Shown one piece after another: positions 1-9,764 of a stretch of 64,000 nucleotides of DNA; within the stretch, counting starts at the first letter, position 1; every line of letters starts with the position of its first letter. The notes under the pieces were generated by a model. That model saw only the letters and a program-made list of their open reading frames with translations, did no database searches and had not been told where the DNA came from. The position numbers and the translations under genes are program-made. The stretch is from the NCBI GenBank assembly GCA_041690675.1, contig JAWLGU010000004.1, positions 34,636-98,635 on the forward strand, in the 5' to 3' direction. Source of the stretch: Pseudomonadales bacterium (GTDB lineage: Bacteria > Pseudomonadota > Gammaproteobacteria > Pseudomonadales > Azotimanducaceae).

Positions 1-216
1 AAGCGCATGCAGTTGCTGGCGGCGCTGACGACGCCGGATTCACGACCGCTGGAAACCTGGCTGGACGCGGCCATAGCGGCGGCGCGGCGGCGGGTGGTGC
101 TGAAGCGCAGGTTGAAGGATCCGCAGTGCCGGACGCCTGACTGGCAGATAACGGGTCGAACGGTTCGCTACGACGTCTATCGGGGGCTGGCGGAATCGCC
201 CTCCCGCTCTTCCTGA
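1..216 (+). CDS. Possible 3' end of an unidentified CDS entering from the left window edge (partial)
   Basis: Frame 1 is open from base 1 to the TGA at 214-216, and third codon positions are mostly G/C. No recognisable motif. It overlaps the convergent plsB 3' end by 40 nt. Confidence 0.25.
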   Translation, partial: KRMQLLAALTTPDSRPLETWLDAAIAAARRRVVLKRRLKDPQCRTPDWQITGRTVRYDVYRGLAESPSRSS

Positions 217-2657
217 CGCACCGCGTTGCGGAAATCCGGATCCACGACGTGCTCGGAAGCCTTCAGCACATCCTCCACCAGGGGGTCCCACACCAGTGAA
301 CCGTCCTCCTGCTCGGAGACCACCCGGTTCTGAATCAGATCGTCGACGAAGCGATTGAACAGCCGGGCGTCGAAGAACTCCGGCGCGTTCAAGCCGTAGA
401 GGCGGGAGATCTTCTGCGCCACGTCGTGACTGCGCTGCTGCAGGGACGATCGCGTGTGGGTGGCCTGGCCGGCGTGAAACAGCAGGCCGACGACGATGTA
501 CAGGCGTTCCAGCGTGGGCATGATCAGCTCGGCCAGCAGCCGCAGCTGGCCATGCTCCCGGGCGTTCGCGGGCGGCGCCGCATAGCCCCCTCCAGCGGCC
601 TGCACCAGCAGCCCGCACTGCACCATGTGGTCGAGCCAGCGCGGCACGGCGTCGGCGGTTTCCGGAGACTGCAGCTCGTCGGCGATGTACGGGAAGACGG
701 TGGCGGACATGCGATTGAGCGCCGCCAGGCTGGCGGGCCGTCGGCGATTGCGAGTCAGGCAGGCGAGGAGAGACGGCAGCGCCAGCACGTGGACCACGTT
801 GTTGCGGTACCAGGTCATCAACACCGCCGCGAAGGGTGTATGGCTCAGCACGTCGCCGTACGCATGGGTCTCTCGGGTGAGCATGCCCAGGGACTCTACC
901 CGGCGAACCAGCTCCTGGGGCGTGGCCTCGGGCAGCGTGTAGTCGTGATGGGGAGCATCCCGCCGCAGCAGAGTGAGATAGCACTCGAGCTGAGCGAGCA
1001 GCGAGGTCTCCTCGACGGCGATGCGCGGCGTGCTCAGGGTGACCAGCGCCACCAGGTTGACGGCGTTGACGGCGGCGCTGGCGTTGATCCGGCTCATGAT
1101 CTCCCGCCCCAGCGTCACCGCTGCGTCGCCCGGGTCGGAGCGGTCCAGGCCGGCGCTCTCGAGCCACGGACCGAGGCGCAGCGGCCGGCCGATCTTCACG
1201 TCCACCGCGCCGAAGTTCTGGCGAATCAGGCGCAGGCTGCGGAACACGTCCGTCAGGGATTCCCGCTTCTTCTCCGCTCCCTTCAGCTCGTCCAGATAGC
1301 TGCCGGCCTCCACCAGCTTCTCGTAGCCCACGTACACGGGCAGCAGCGCCAGGGGCCGGGGCACGCCGCGCCGATGATGCTCGAGGGTCATCTTCAGCAG
1401 CCCCACCCGGGCCGGCAGCAGGCGGCCGGTGCGCGTCCGTCCACCTTCGGGGAAGAACTCCACGCTGTGTCCGCGGCGGTAGACCTGGTAGAGATACTCC
1501 GCGAACACCGCGGCGTAGAGCGGGTCGTCGCGGAAGCTGCGGCGCATGAAGAACGCGCCACCGCGACGCAGGATGCTGCCGAGGATCGGCTGGTTGAGGT
1601 TATCGCCCGCGGCGATGTGGGGAATCATCAATCCGTGCTGAAACAGCAGATACGACAGCAACAGATAATCCAGGTGGCTGCGGTGCGAGGGCACGTAGAT
1701 CAGGGTGTGGGTGTCGGCGATCTCCATGAGACGCTCGCGGCCGTGAAAGGCGACGCCCTGGTAGATGCGGTTCCAGAACCAGCGGAGCAGCCGTTCGAGA
1801 ACGCGGATGGTCGGGTAGGACAGGTTCGACGGGATCTCCCTGGCATAGCGGCGAGCCCGCTTCTCCAGGCGCGCGCGTGCCGCCGGATCGCTCTCCAGCT
1901 CGATCTCCGCCCGCACGCTGCGGCTCAGCAGAATCTGCCGGGTGAGGGTGCGCTGGTGGGAGATGTCCGGCCCCATGGTGGCCACCCGCTGGTTACGCAG
2001 GCGGACGCGCAGCAGGCGCGCGGCGCGGCGAAGCATGCGCTGACCGTCGGCGCCTCCGGCGAGTTCCTGGAGTGGCAGCGGCTGACCGAAGTGGACCACG
2101 ATGTCCTTGCGCGACAGGAGCAGGTTCACCAGGCGCTTCAGCCGCGAGGTAACGGCCCAGTTTTCCGAAAGGATCAGCCGGAACACGGATCCTTCCCGGT
2201 TGGGCGACCGGCCCCAGTAGATGCCTACGGGCACGATGGCGCCGGGCAGCGGCTGTTCCGCCTGGCCCACCTGCTCGAGCAGATCCACCATGCGGCTCGA
2301 GTAGCTGGCCATCGTATTGCGCCGGAACCAGCCGTGGGAGGCGCGACGCAGGAAGAAGAAGCGTCGCTCCTCGTGAACGTTACCCACCTCCAGTGGCTGC
2401 AGGGGCCCCGGGAGGCCCAGTTCCTCGGTGACCAGATCCAGGACGATGAGGTCGGACAGCGAGCGGTTTTCCAGAACGTACAGGAGGGGCGCGGCGGCGC
2501 GGTCGCCGCCGGCTTCACCGCCGCCGCAGGCGGCGCGGGCGCCGCAGGCGCAGGCGACGAGCTGATCCGGATCGAGGCCCGCCTTGCGCGGTTCGATGAG
2601 GGCGCCGATGAGCCACCGGTCGACCCGGTACAGTACCCGCTTCAGCCGTTGCAGCAT
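177..2657 (-). CDS. plsB: Glycerol-3-phosphate acyltransferase
   Basis: 826-aa ORF with the HXXXXD acyltransferase block (VPSHRSHLDYLLLSY), FFPEGGRTRTGRLL, and PlsB-like length and architecture. Confidence 0.9.
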   Translation of the reverse strand: MLQRLKRVLYRVDRWLIGALIEPRKAGLDPDQLVACACGARAACGGGEAGGDRAAAPLLYVLENRSLSDLIVLDLVTEELGLPGPLQPLEVGNVHEERRFFFLRRASHGWFRRNTMASYSSRMVDLLEQVGQAEQPLPGAIVPVGIYWGRSPNREGSVFRLILSENWAVTSRLKRLVNLLLSRKDIVVHFGQPLPLQELAGGADGQRMLRRAARLLRVRLRNQRVATMGPDISHQRTLTRQILLSRSVRAEIELESDPAARARLEKRARRYAREIPSNLSYPTIRVLERLLRWFWNRIYQGVAFHGRERLMEIADTHTLIYVPSHRSHLDYLLLSYLLFQHGLMIPHIAAGDNLNQPILGSILRRGGAFFMRRSFRDDPLYAAVFAEYLYQVYRRGHSVEFFPEGGRTRTGRLLPARVGLLKMTLEHHRRGVPRPLALLPVYVGYEKLVEAGSYLDELKGAEKKRESLTDVFRSLRLIRQNFGAVDVKIGRPLRLGPWLESAGLDRSDPGDAAVTLGREIMSRINASAAVNAVNLVALVTLSTPRIAVEETSLLAQLECYLTLLRRDAPHHDYTLPEATPQELVRRVESLGMLTRETHAYGDVLSHTPFAAVLMTWYRNNVVHVLALPSLLACLTRNRRRPASLAALNRMSATVFPYIADELQSPETADAVPRWLDHMVQCGLLVQAAGGGYAAPPANAREHGQLRLLAELIMPTLERLYIVVGLLFHAGQATHTRSSLQQRSHDVAQKISRLYGLNAPEFFDARLFNRFVDDLIQNRVVSEQEDGSLVWDPLVEDVLKASEHVVDPDFRNAVRQEEREGDSASPR

Positions 2658-2678
2658 GAGATCCGCGGCGTCCGGAGA

Positions 2679-4604
2679 TCAGGGGCGGCCCCGGAACAGC
2701 TCCTCCGGTGGCACGTCGCCGCTGCGGGAGCGGATCTCCACTTCCCAGACATCGTCGTACTTCCGGTTGGTGACCTGATCCGCCTCCGCCTTGTTGCGGA
2801 TCACCGTGGGGCGCAGGAAGACGAGCAAGTTGCGTTTGGTGTGGTTCTTGGTGGTGGAGCGGAACAGGTGGCCGAGCACCGGAATGTCGCCGAGCAGCGG
2901 CACCTTTCTGACGCTGTCGTTGATGTCGTCCTGAATGAGCCCGCCCAGCACGATGGTCTGGCGGTCGTCGGCCAGGATGGTGTTCTCCACCGTGCGCTTG
3001 GAGGTCACCACGTCGGAGAACGCATCGGCGCCGATGGCGCTCTCCACCACGTTCGTGATCTCCAGGCCCACTTCCAGGCTCACCGCAGTGTCCTCGTGGA
3101 TATGAGGGGTGACGGTGAGTTGAAGGCCCACGTCCTCGCGCTGAATGGTGGTGAAGGGGTTGGTGGCGCCTTCGCCCGTGGTGGTGAAGGTGCCGGTGCG
3201 GAACGGTACCTCGTTGCCCACGACGATCTTCGCCTCCTGGTTGTCCAGGGTCAGAATGCTCGGGGTGGAAAGCAGGTTGGCATCGGAGTTCGTGGCCAGT
3301 GCCCGCACCACCGCGCCGAAGGACAGATCGCCGGCATCGATCCTGGCAGCGGCCAGAGTGGGGCTGTCGAGGGATGCCAGGCCGGAAAGCACGTCCACCT
3401 GTCCGGCCTCCCCGACGATGTTGTCCAGGAGGCTCGAGATCACCCCGTCCAGGGTGGTGGAGACCAGGGGAACGGTGTTGCCGCTCTCGTCCGCGGCCGC
3501 CATCTCCACGCCGATCTGGGACGTGTCGGTGATGGAGACCTCGACGATGGCGGCCTCGATCAGCACCTGGGTGCGGCGGATGTCCAGGCGGTCGAGGATG
3601 TCCTGAATCTCGTTCATCACCCCCGGATCGGCCCGGACCACGATGGCGTTCAGGCTGTCGTCGGCCCGGATCATGGTCTCCGGCCGTGCGGCCTCCTCGC
3701 CGTTGCCCCCGCGCTCCGCATCCACCATGCCCTCCAGCAGCTCCGCCACCTTGGTGGCGTCCGCGTACTTGAGGTAGATGACCTGGGTGCCGCCGGTGAC
3801 CGTGGCGGGCTGGTCGAGCTTCTCCACCAGCTTGAGGATTTCGGCGACGGGCCGGGGTTTGCCCCGCAGCACCAGGGAGTTGTTGCGCTCGTTGGCGATC
3901 ACCTGGATGCGCTGGGGGCCGGTGGCGCCGCGGCCGAGCTGATCCGGGGCCATCATTTCCAGCATCGCCACGACGCTGCCAACGAAGGCCTCCTTCAGCG
4001 GCACCACGACGATTTCGTCCTCGTCCGCCACGTCGATCTGCTCGATGATGCGCATCATTCGCAGAATGTTGTCGGCGTGATCGCTGATGATGACGACATT
4101 GGGGTTGGCGACGGCGGCGATGTGTCCGTACTGGGGAATCAGGGGACGCAGAATCTTCACCAGCTCGGCGGATTCGACGTTCTGAGCGGGCACGACCCGG
4201 GTGACCAGCTCTTCCGGGGGCAGCCGGCTCAGTCCGCCCTCCGCTCCCGGGCTCTGCTTGGCTGTGGCCATCTGCTGGATGCGGATGACGCTGCCGGAGG
4301 GCACGGCGGTCCAGTTGTGAACCCGCAGCACCGACAGGAACAGCTCATAGACGGCGTCGGCGGTCATGGGCGTGCTGGAGATCACCGTGACGCTGCCCTT
4401 GATGCGCGGATCCACCACGAATGTCTTGCCGGTGATCTCCGCCACCTGAGCGACGAACTCGCTCAGATCGGCGTTCTTGATGTTGATCTTCCAGGTCTGG
4501 GAAGCGGCCGGTTCTTCCGCCGCCCAACTGCCGGTGGCGGCCGGCACCAGGAGCAGCAGACCCATCAGCATCGCAGCCAGGCTTCGCGCTTTCGTTGTCA
4601 TCAT
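2679..4604 (-). CDS. gspD: Type II secretion system secretin GspD
   Basis: 641 aa with a signal peptide, N-domains and a C-terminal secretin block (TIVLGGLIQD...RKVPLLGDIPVLGHLFR). Its start overlaps the gspC stop. Confidence 0.9.
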   Translation of the reverse strand: MMTTKARSLAAMLMGLLLLVPAATGSWAAEEPAASQTWKINIKNADLSEFVAQVAEITGKTFVVDPRIKGSVTVISSTPMTADAVYELFLSVLRVHNWTAVPSGSVIRIQQMATAKQSPGAEGGLSRLPPEELVTRVVPAQNVESAELVKILRPLIPQYGHIAAVANPNVVIISDHADNILRMMRIIEQIDVADEDEIVVVPLKEAFVGSVVAMLEMMAPDQLGRGATGPQRIQVIANERNNSLVLRGKPRPVAEILKLVEKLDQPATVTGGTQVIYLKYADATKVAELLEGMVDAERGGNGEEAARPETMIRADDSLNAIVVRADPGVMNEIQDILDRLDIRRTQVLIEAAIVEVSITDTSQIGVEMAAADESGNTVPLVSTTLDGVISSLLDNIVGEAGQVDVLSGLASLDSPTLAAARIDAGDLSFGAVVRALATNSDANLLSTPSILTLDNQEAKIVVGNEVPFRTGTFTTTGEGATNPFTTIQREDVGLQLTVTPHIHEDTAVSLEVGLEITNVVESAIGADAFSDVVTSKRTVENTILADDRQTIVLGGLIQDDINDSVRKVPLLGDIPVLGHLFRSTTKNHTKRNLLVFLRPTVIRNKAEADQVTNRKYDDVWEVEIRSRSGDVPPEELFRGRP

Positions 4605-5578
4605 TGTTGAAGCGAGGCGGTCACGAAGAACCGCCGCGTCCCCCGCTGTACTTCGAGACGGGCCGACCCTTGGGCCAGCACGTTGTCCATTTCCAGTCGG
4701 TCCTGCTCGAGATCGCCGACGGGTCGGCCGTTGACGGAAAGAATCACGTCCCCCGGCTGCAGGCCAGTTTGACTGAGGTACGGTGACTGGGCAAGGTTGC
4801 CGAGCCGGTAGCCTTCTGCCGCGCCATCGGCGACGGCGCTCACTCCCAGCGACTGCAGGGTCCCGGCCGGATCCTGTTCCAGCCGTTCCCGGTACTCGTC
4901 GACGAGCGCCCGCACCGACTGCTCGTCCGGCGTGGCCTCGTCCGGGGGCGGTTCCATGGCCGCATCCTCGAATTCGTCAGGCAGGGGTTCCATGACCGGC
5001 TCGTCGAAGCCCGCCTCCGGCTCGGGCAATGTGGCTCGCGCGGCGATGGCCGCGCTGCCGGTGGGGAAATGCAGGGTTTCTCGGATACCCGCCCGGCGCA
5101 GCACCACGTGGGTGGGATGCACTTCGAGCAGGGCCGCGTTACCGGGAACGTCCTCGCCCACGGTGTAGAGCTGACCCGGCTTGCCCCGCTGGGCGATGAT
5201 GGCGGCGGAATTCTCCGGCCGGTCGGCCACGAACACCCCCAGCAGCTCCAGCGGCAGCTGGGTGGCCACCGCCGGGGCCTCCGCCACCTGAGCGCCGCCG
5301 GACTCCGCGGCGCCGAACAGGTTGCTGGCGAGAATGGCGTTCACGTCCACCGGGGGAGTGGAAGACTGCGCGGTCGCCGACCGCGCGTCCGTCACCGGTC
5401 CCGTGGGCGGAGGCGACAGGAAGTAGAGCACGCTGGTGGCCAGGGTGTAGGCGATGGCCGCCACCATGAGCCAGCGCGCCGGCACGGCGAGCTTCGCTGC
5501 GAGGTCATGCACTTGTTGGCTCCGCGGATGGCCGGTGCGTCTTGCTAACACGCTGATCCTAAAAGAGTTGTTCCTCAA
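4601..5578 (-). CDS. gspC: Type II secretion system protein GspC (PDZ-containing); start uncertain
   Basis: N-terminal TM segment (WLMVAAIAYTLATSVLYFL), C-terminal PDZ-like segment (GLQPGDVILSVNGRPVGD), and a position directly upstream of gspD. The longest start is TTG at 5578, which overlaps gspN by 20 nt. An in-frame GTG at 5512 is an alternative. Confidence 0.7.
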   Translation of the reverse strand: MRNNSFRISVLARRTGHPRSQQVHDLAAKLAVPARWLMVAAIAYTLATSVLYFLSPPPTGPVTDARSATAQSSTPPVDVNAILASNLFGAAESGGAQVAEAPAVATQLPLELLGVFVADRPENSAAIIAQRGKPGQLYTVGEDVPGNAALLEVHPTHVVLRRAGIRETLHFPTGSAAIAARATLPEPEAGFDEPVMEPLPDEFEDAAMEPPPDEATPDEQSVRALVDEYRERLEQDPAGTLQSLGVSAVADGAAEGYRLGNLAQSPYLSQTGLQPGDVILSVNGRPVGDLEQDRLEMDNVLAQGSARLEVQRGTRRFFVTASLQQ

Positions 5579-6281
5579 CCTCTAGCACCACTTCATGGTC
5601 GGGGTGAGAACCGGGCCAAGAGTTCCCTGCCAGCCGGGTCATCATCTTCGTGACGCCGATCCACAGGAAGCCGTTCTCCTGCAGCCGGGCCCGCAACAGC
5701 GGCGTCTGGCCGCCCTCGGGAAACACCACGGCTTCGAGCCCATCGCCCAGGTAGGCCACCAGCGGCGGCAGCCGGGCCGAGTGGTCGCGCCCGGAGAGCC
5801 GGTAGCGCACCGGTCCGCCGGCCCAGCTCACGCTGCCGGCTGCGGTTCCCGCACGACTCTGCTGCAGATCGTAGGGCACCTGCAGCTGCAGGCTCTGCAG
5901 GGTCAGATCGCCGGCGATGGCGATGTCGTAGGGCGCCAGCCAGCGATTGGCGAACGAGGACGCCGCGTGCCCGTCCAGCACCGCCTCGGCGGTGCCCGGA
6001 CCGAGTTGAACGGTCCCGCTGAGGTCGTGCTCCGCCCCGGTGAGGCTGACATGATATCCCAGGGCTCCCTGCAGAAGAGTGAGGGGTCGAAACCGCCAGC
6101 TGATCCGGCCGGCCCGCTGCTTCGCCAGGTAGAGGTCGGCGCTGCCTTTCCACACCGTCCCGGCGGGCTCCAGCAGATCCATGCCGGTCCCCGTGAGAGG
6201 CGGGCGCAGCAGACTCGCCGGCGCAAACGCCACGGCGAACGCGACGAACAGCAGAGCACCGATCAGCAGGGTCCTGATCAT
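5559..6281 (-). CDS. gspN: Type II secretion system protein GspN-like
   Basis: 240 aa starting [21 protein letters not shown] (single N-terminal TM). GspN-like size and position upstream of gspC. The ATG at 6281 overlaps the dapE stop (ATGA). The 569-aa ORF in the track is a run-on of this frame into dapE. Confidence 0.6.
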   Translation of the reverse strand: MIRTLLIGALLFVAFAVAFAPASLLRPPLTGTGMDLLEPAGTVWKGSADLYLAKQRAGRISWRFRPLTLLQGALGYHVSLTGAEHDLSGTVQLGPGTAEAVLDGHAASSFANRWLAPYDIAIAGDLTLQSLQLQVPYDLQQSRAGTAAGSVSWAGGPVRYRLSGRDHSARLPPLVAYLGDGLEAVVFPEGGQTPLLRARLQENGFLWIGVTKMMTRLAGNSWPGSHPDHEVVLEVEEQLF

Positions 6282-7432
6282 GAGCGTTCGCGGCTGAGCA
6301 GGCGCTCGAGCACGCGCTGATACACCCGCGCCAGCGGCTCCAGGTCGTCGAGGGCCACCCGCTCGTCCACCTTGTGGATCGTCTCGTTGCAGGGGCCCAG
6401 TTCCACCACGTGACAGCCGGTGGGGGCGATGAAGCGGCCGTCGGAGGTGCCGCCGGACGTGGACAGTTCCGGGTCCCGGCGCAGAACGTCCCGCACGCTG
6501 GCGGCGACCGCGTCGATCAGCGGACCGTCGGGGGTGAGGAACGGCTCCCCGGACAACGACCACTCGATGCGGTAACGCAGACCGTGGCGGTCCAGGATCT
6601 CCTTCACCCGCTGCTGGAGGCCCTCGGTCGTCTGTTCCGTGCAGAAGCGGAAGTTGAAGGCGAGGGTGAGGGTGCCGGGAATGACGTTGTTGGCGCCGCT
6701 GCCCGCGGCGATGGACGACGCCTGCCAGCTCGTGGGAGGGAACCGCTCGTTGCCCTCGTCCCAGCGGATTTCCGCGAGCTCGGCCAGCGCCGGCGCCAGC
6801 CGATGGATGGGGTTGTCGGCCAGCTCCGGATACGCCACGTGCCCCTGCACGCCCAGTACCTGCAGGGTGCCGTTGAGGGAGCCGCGCCGGCCGATGCGAA
6901 CGGTGTCCCCCAGCTCCCGTCCCGAGGAGGGCTCCCCCACCAAGCAGTAATCCGCCCGAACCCCCTCGGCCTGCAGCGCGGCGATCACCGCCCGGGTGCC
7001 GTCGGTGGCCGGGCCTTCCTCGTCGCTGGTGATCAGGAAGGCGATGCGCGCCGGGTGGTCGGGATGCTCGTCCAGAAACCGCTCCGTGGCCACCACCATG
7101 GCGGCCAGGCTCGACTTCATGTCCGCGGCGCCGCGACCGTAGAGGTAGCCGTCTCTCACGGTGGGCTCGAAGGGCGGTGACGACCAGTCGTCCTCGGGCC
7201 CGGGGGGCACCACGTCGGTGTGCCCCGCGAAGACGAACAGCGGGCCATGGGAGCCGCGGCTGGCCCACAGGTTGCTGACCGCTGCGAAGGGCATGTCCCG
7301 GCAGATGAACCCGGCCCGCTCCAGGCGCTGCCTGAGCAGCACCTGACAGCCGTGATCGTCCGGCGTCACGCTGGGCCGGCGCATCAGCTCGCAGGTGAGC
7401 GCCAGCACTGAGTTGTCGGAACGATCGGTCAC
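6278..7432 (-). CDS. dapE: Succinyl-diaminopimelate desuccinylase
   Basis: M20 peptidase/DapE blocks ([33 protein letters not shown]). The start is taken at GTG 7432, 2 nt after the dapD stop. GTG 7408 and ATG 7384 are alternatives. Confidence 0.85.
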   Translation of the reverse strand: MTDRSDNSVLALTCELMRRPSVTPDDHGCQVLLRQRLERAGFICRDMPFAAVSNLWASRGSHGPLFVFAGHTDVVPPGPEDDWSSPPFEPTVRDGYLYGRGAADMKSSLAAMVVATERFLDEHPDHPARIAFLITSDEEGPATDGTRAVIAALQAEGVRADYCLVGEPSSGRELGDTVRIGRRGSLNGTLQVLGVQGHVAYPELADNPIHRLAPALAELAEIRWDEGNERFPPTSWQASSIAAGSGANNVIPGTLTLAFNFRFCTEQTTEGLQQRVKEILDRHGLRYRIEWSLSGEPFLTPDGPLIDAVAASVRDVLRRDPELSTSGGTSDGRFIAPTGCHVVELGPCNETIHKVDERVALDDLEPLARVYQRVLERLLSRERS

Positions 7433-7434
7433 GG

Positions 7435-8472
7435 TCAGTTGTGGGCGTGGAGAGATTCGTTCAGCTCGATGGCGCGGCGGTTGGTGCGGCACTCGATGCG
7501 TCCGTTGCTGCTGTTGCGAATGAACAGCATGTCGGAGCCCCCCGCGAGCTCCCGCGCCTTCACGGTCTTCACCACCTCGCCGCGCTCGTCCAGCACCGTC
7601 ACCCGGGTTCCGGCGGTGACGTAGAGGCCGGCTTCGATGGTGCATCGATCGCCCAGGGGAATGCCGGTGCCGGCGTTGGCGCCGATGAGGCAGTTGCTGC
7701 CGATGGTGATGCGGATGTCCCCACCACCCGACAACGTTCCCATGGTGCTGGAGCTGCCTCCCAGGTCGCTGTGGGCACCCACCACCACACCCTGGGATAT
7801 GCGGCCCTCCACCATGTTGGGCCCCAGGGCGCCGGCATTGAAGTTGACGAACCCCTCGTGCATGACCGTCGTGCCTTCGCCCAGATAGGCGCCCAGACGG
7901 ATGCGCGACGCGTCGGCGATGCGCACGCCTGAGGGAACGACGTAGTTGGTCATGCGGGGGAATTTGTCCACGCTGACCACCTCCAGGTGCTCGCCCCGCA
8001 GCCGCGCTTCGAGCAACGCCTGGTCCAGCTCGGCCGGGTCGATGGCACCCGCGGAGGTCCAGGCCACGTTGGGCAGGTGAGCGAAGATGCCGTCCAGGTT
8101 CAGGGTGTTGGGCAGCGCCAGTCGGTGGGACATGAGGTGCAGCTTCAGGTACGCGGCTTCGGTGCTGTCGATGGCCACGTCCTGATCCAGGCGCACCGCG
8201 CAGAGCCGCTGATCCGTGTTCAGCAGGGATCGGTAACGGGCCGACAGCTCGGCGCCGCCGGCGGCGTCGCCGAGAGCCACGACGAATCGCTCGACGGCTT
8301 CCGGATCCACGACGCTGGAACCGCTGGCGAAATGACTCACGACGACCTCGGCCACGGCGACGTCCGGGCGCTGGAGGGGCGCGGGAAAGTAACAGTCGAT
8401 GGTGGCGCCGCGGGAGTTCGCGCGAGTGATGCCGATGGCGAACGCGAACACGGCGTGATCCTGGTCGGCCAT
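7435..8472 (-). CDS. dapD: 2,3,4,5-tetrahydropyridine-2,6-dicarboxylate N-succinyltransferase (long form)
   Basis: 345 aa from [11 protein letters not shown], with C-terminal left-handed beta-helix hexapeptide repeats. Sits between dapC and dapE, as in Pseudomonas-type dap clusters. Confidence 0.8.
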   Translation of the reverse strand: MADQDHAVFAFAIGITRANSRGATIDCYFPAPLQRPDVAVAEVVVSHFASGSSVVDPEAVERFVVALGDAAGGAELSARYRSLLNTDQRLCAVRLDQDVAIDSTEAAYLKLHLMSHRLALPNTLNLDGIFAHLPNVAWTSAGAIDPAELDQALLEARLRGEHLEVVSVDKFPRMTNYVVPSGVRIADASRIRLGAYLGEGTTVMHEGFVNFNAGALGPNMVEGRISQGVVVGAHSDLGGSSSTMGTLSGGGDIRITIGSNCLIGANAGTGIPLGDRCTIEAGLYVTAGTRVTVLDERGEVVKTVKARELAGGSDMLFIRNSSNGRIECRTNRRAIELNESLHAHN

Positions 8473-8571
8473 GGTCAGCTCCTGAAAACGGCGACGCACC
8501 CTACCACACGCGGGGCTTTCGTGGGAGCGGTTGGGTGAAACCGCGGCCGCGGGTGGCGTCCCCATCAGCTC

Positions 8572-9762
8572 CTACCCGACCCAGTCGGCGATGGCGTGGG
8601 CTGCGGCCACGCAGTCCGCGAGCGGCGCCACCCAGGCGACCCGCACGTATCCCTTTCCGGGATTGATGCCGTGGGCCTCCCGAGCCAGGTAGGTGCCGGG
8701 AAGGACGGTGATGTTGCGTTCGGCGTAGAGCGCCTGGGTGAACGCCTCGTCGTCCCTCGGAGTGCGGATCCAATGATAGAAGCCGCCGTCGGGACGGTGG
8801 AGCTCCATCACCTGCTCGAGAATGGGCGTCACCGCCGCGAACTTGCGCCGGTACGCGGCACGGTTCGCCACCACGTGGGCTTCGTCCCGCCAGGCCGCGG
8901 CGCTGGCGCGCTGAACGTGATTGGGCAGAGCGCAGCCCTCGTAGGTACGGTACTTGAAGTATCCGGTCAGAATGTCCGGATCGCCGGCGACGAAGCCCGA
9001 ACGCAGCCCCGGCAGGTTGGAGCGCTTGCTCAGGCTGTGGAACACGACGCAGCGCTGGAAGTTCTCCGACCCGGCCGCTGCCGCGGCCTGCAGCAGGCCG
9101 GCCGGCGGGCGCGCTTCGTCGGGGTAGATCTCCGAGTAGCATTCGTCGGCGGCGATGACGAAGTCGTGGCGGTGCGCGCGTTCCAGCAGCGCGACGAGGG
9201 TCGGCTGATCCAGGGTCGTCCCCGTGGGATTGCCGGGGGAGCACAGATACAAGAGCTCGCATCGATCCCACACCGCATCCGGAACGCTGGCGTAATCCGG
9301 GACGTAGCCGGTGGCGGCGGTGCAGTTGACGAAGTACGGCTCGGCTCCGCCCAGCAGCACGGCCCCTTCGTAGATCTGGTAGAACGGGTTGGGCAGCACC
9401 GCCACGGCGCCGCTGGCGCCGGACAGCACGGCCTGGGCGAACGAGAACAGGGCCTCGCGGGTGCCCGCCACCGGCAGGACGTGACGCTCGGGATCCGCTG
9501 CGACGCCGAATCGCCGGGTGAGCCAGGCGCAGATGGCCTCCCGCAGCTCCAGGCTGCCACGGGTGGCGGGGTAGGCCGCCAGGTCGTGACTCAGGCGCGG
9601 CGTGTCCGTCAGCAGCTCCAGCACGAAGTCCGGCGGGGCGTGCTTCGGCTCGCCGATGGAGAGCATGACGCCGGGCCGGTCCGCGGGCGGCCGGATCCCG
9701 GCTTTCAAGGCGTTCAGGCGCTCGAAGGGGTACGGCTCGAGCCGGCTGAGACGGGGATTCAT
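8572..9762 (-). CDS. dapC: Succinyldiaminopimelate aminotransferase (class I PLP aminotransferase)
   Basis: 396 aa from MNPRLSRLEPYPFERLNALKAG, with the PLP lysine block FHSLSKRSNLPGLRSGF. Located downstream of glnD. The 1113-aa ORF in the track is a run-on of this frame. Confidence 0.7.
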   Translation of the reverse strand: MNPRLSRLEPYPFERLNALKAGIRPPADRPGVMLSIGEPKHAPPDFVLELLTDTPRLSHDLAAYPATRGSLELREAICAWLTRRFGVAADPERHVLPVAGTREALFSFAQAVLSGASGAVAVLPNPFYQIYEGAVLLGGAEPYFVNCTAATGYVPDYASVPDAVWDRCELLYLCSPGNPTGTTLDQPTLVALLERAHRHDFVIAADECYSEIYPDEARPPAGLLQAAAAAGSENFQRCVVFHSLSKRSNLPGLRSGFVAGDPDILTGYFKYRTYEGCALPNHVQRASAAAWRDEAHVVANRAAYRRKFAAVTPILEQVMELHRPDGGFYHWIRTPRDDEAFTQALYAERNITVLPGTYLAREAHGINPGKGYVRVAWVAPLADCVAAAHAIADWVG

Positions 9763-9764
9763 GG

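Noticed and set aside
426-4610. Very long ORFs antisense to, or out of frame with, recognisable genes. Examples are the 1394-aa ORF at 426..4610 (+), the 1522-aa ORF at 25921..30489 (-) opposite dnaE, the 845-aa ORF at 42225..44762 (+), the 1118-aa ORF at 9765..13121 (-) and the 618-aa ORF at 44376..46232 (-).
   Set aside because: Their translations are Arg/Gly/Ala/Pro-rich low-complexity sequence with no motifs. They overlap genes whose products are unmistakable. Stop codons are rare in off-frames of GC-rich DNA, so these are compositional artefacts or run-on extensions of the real, shorter genes.
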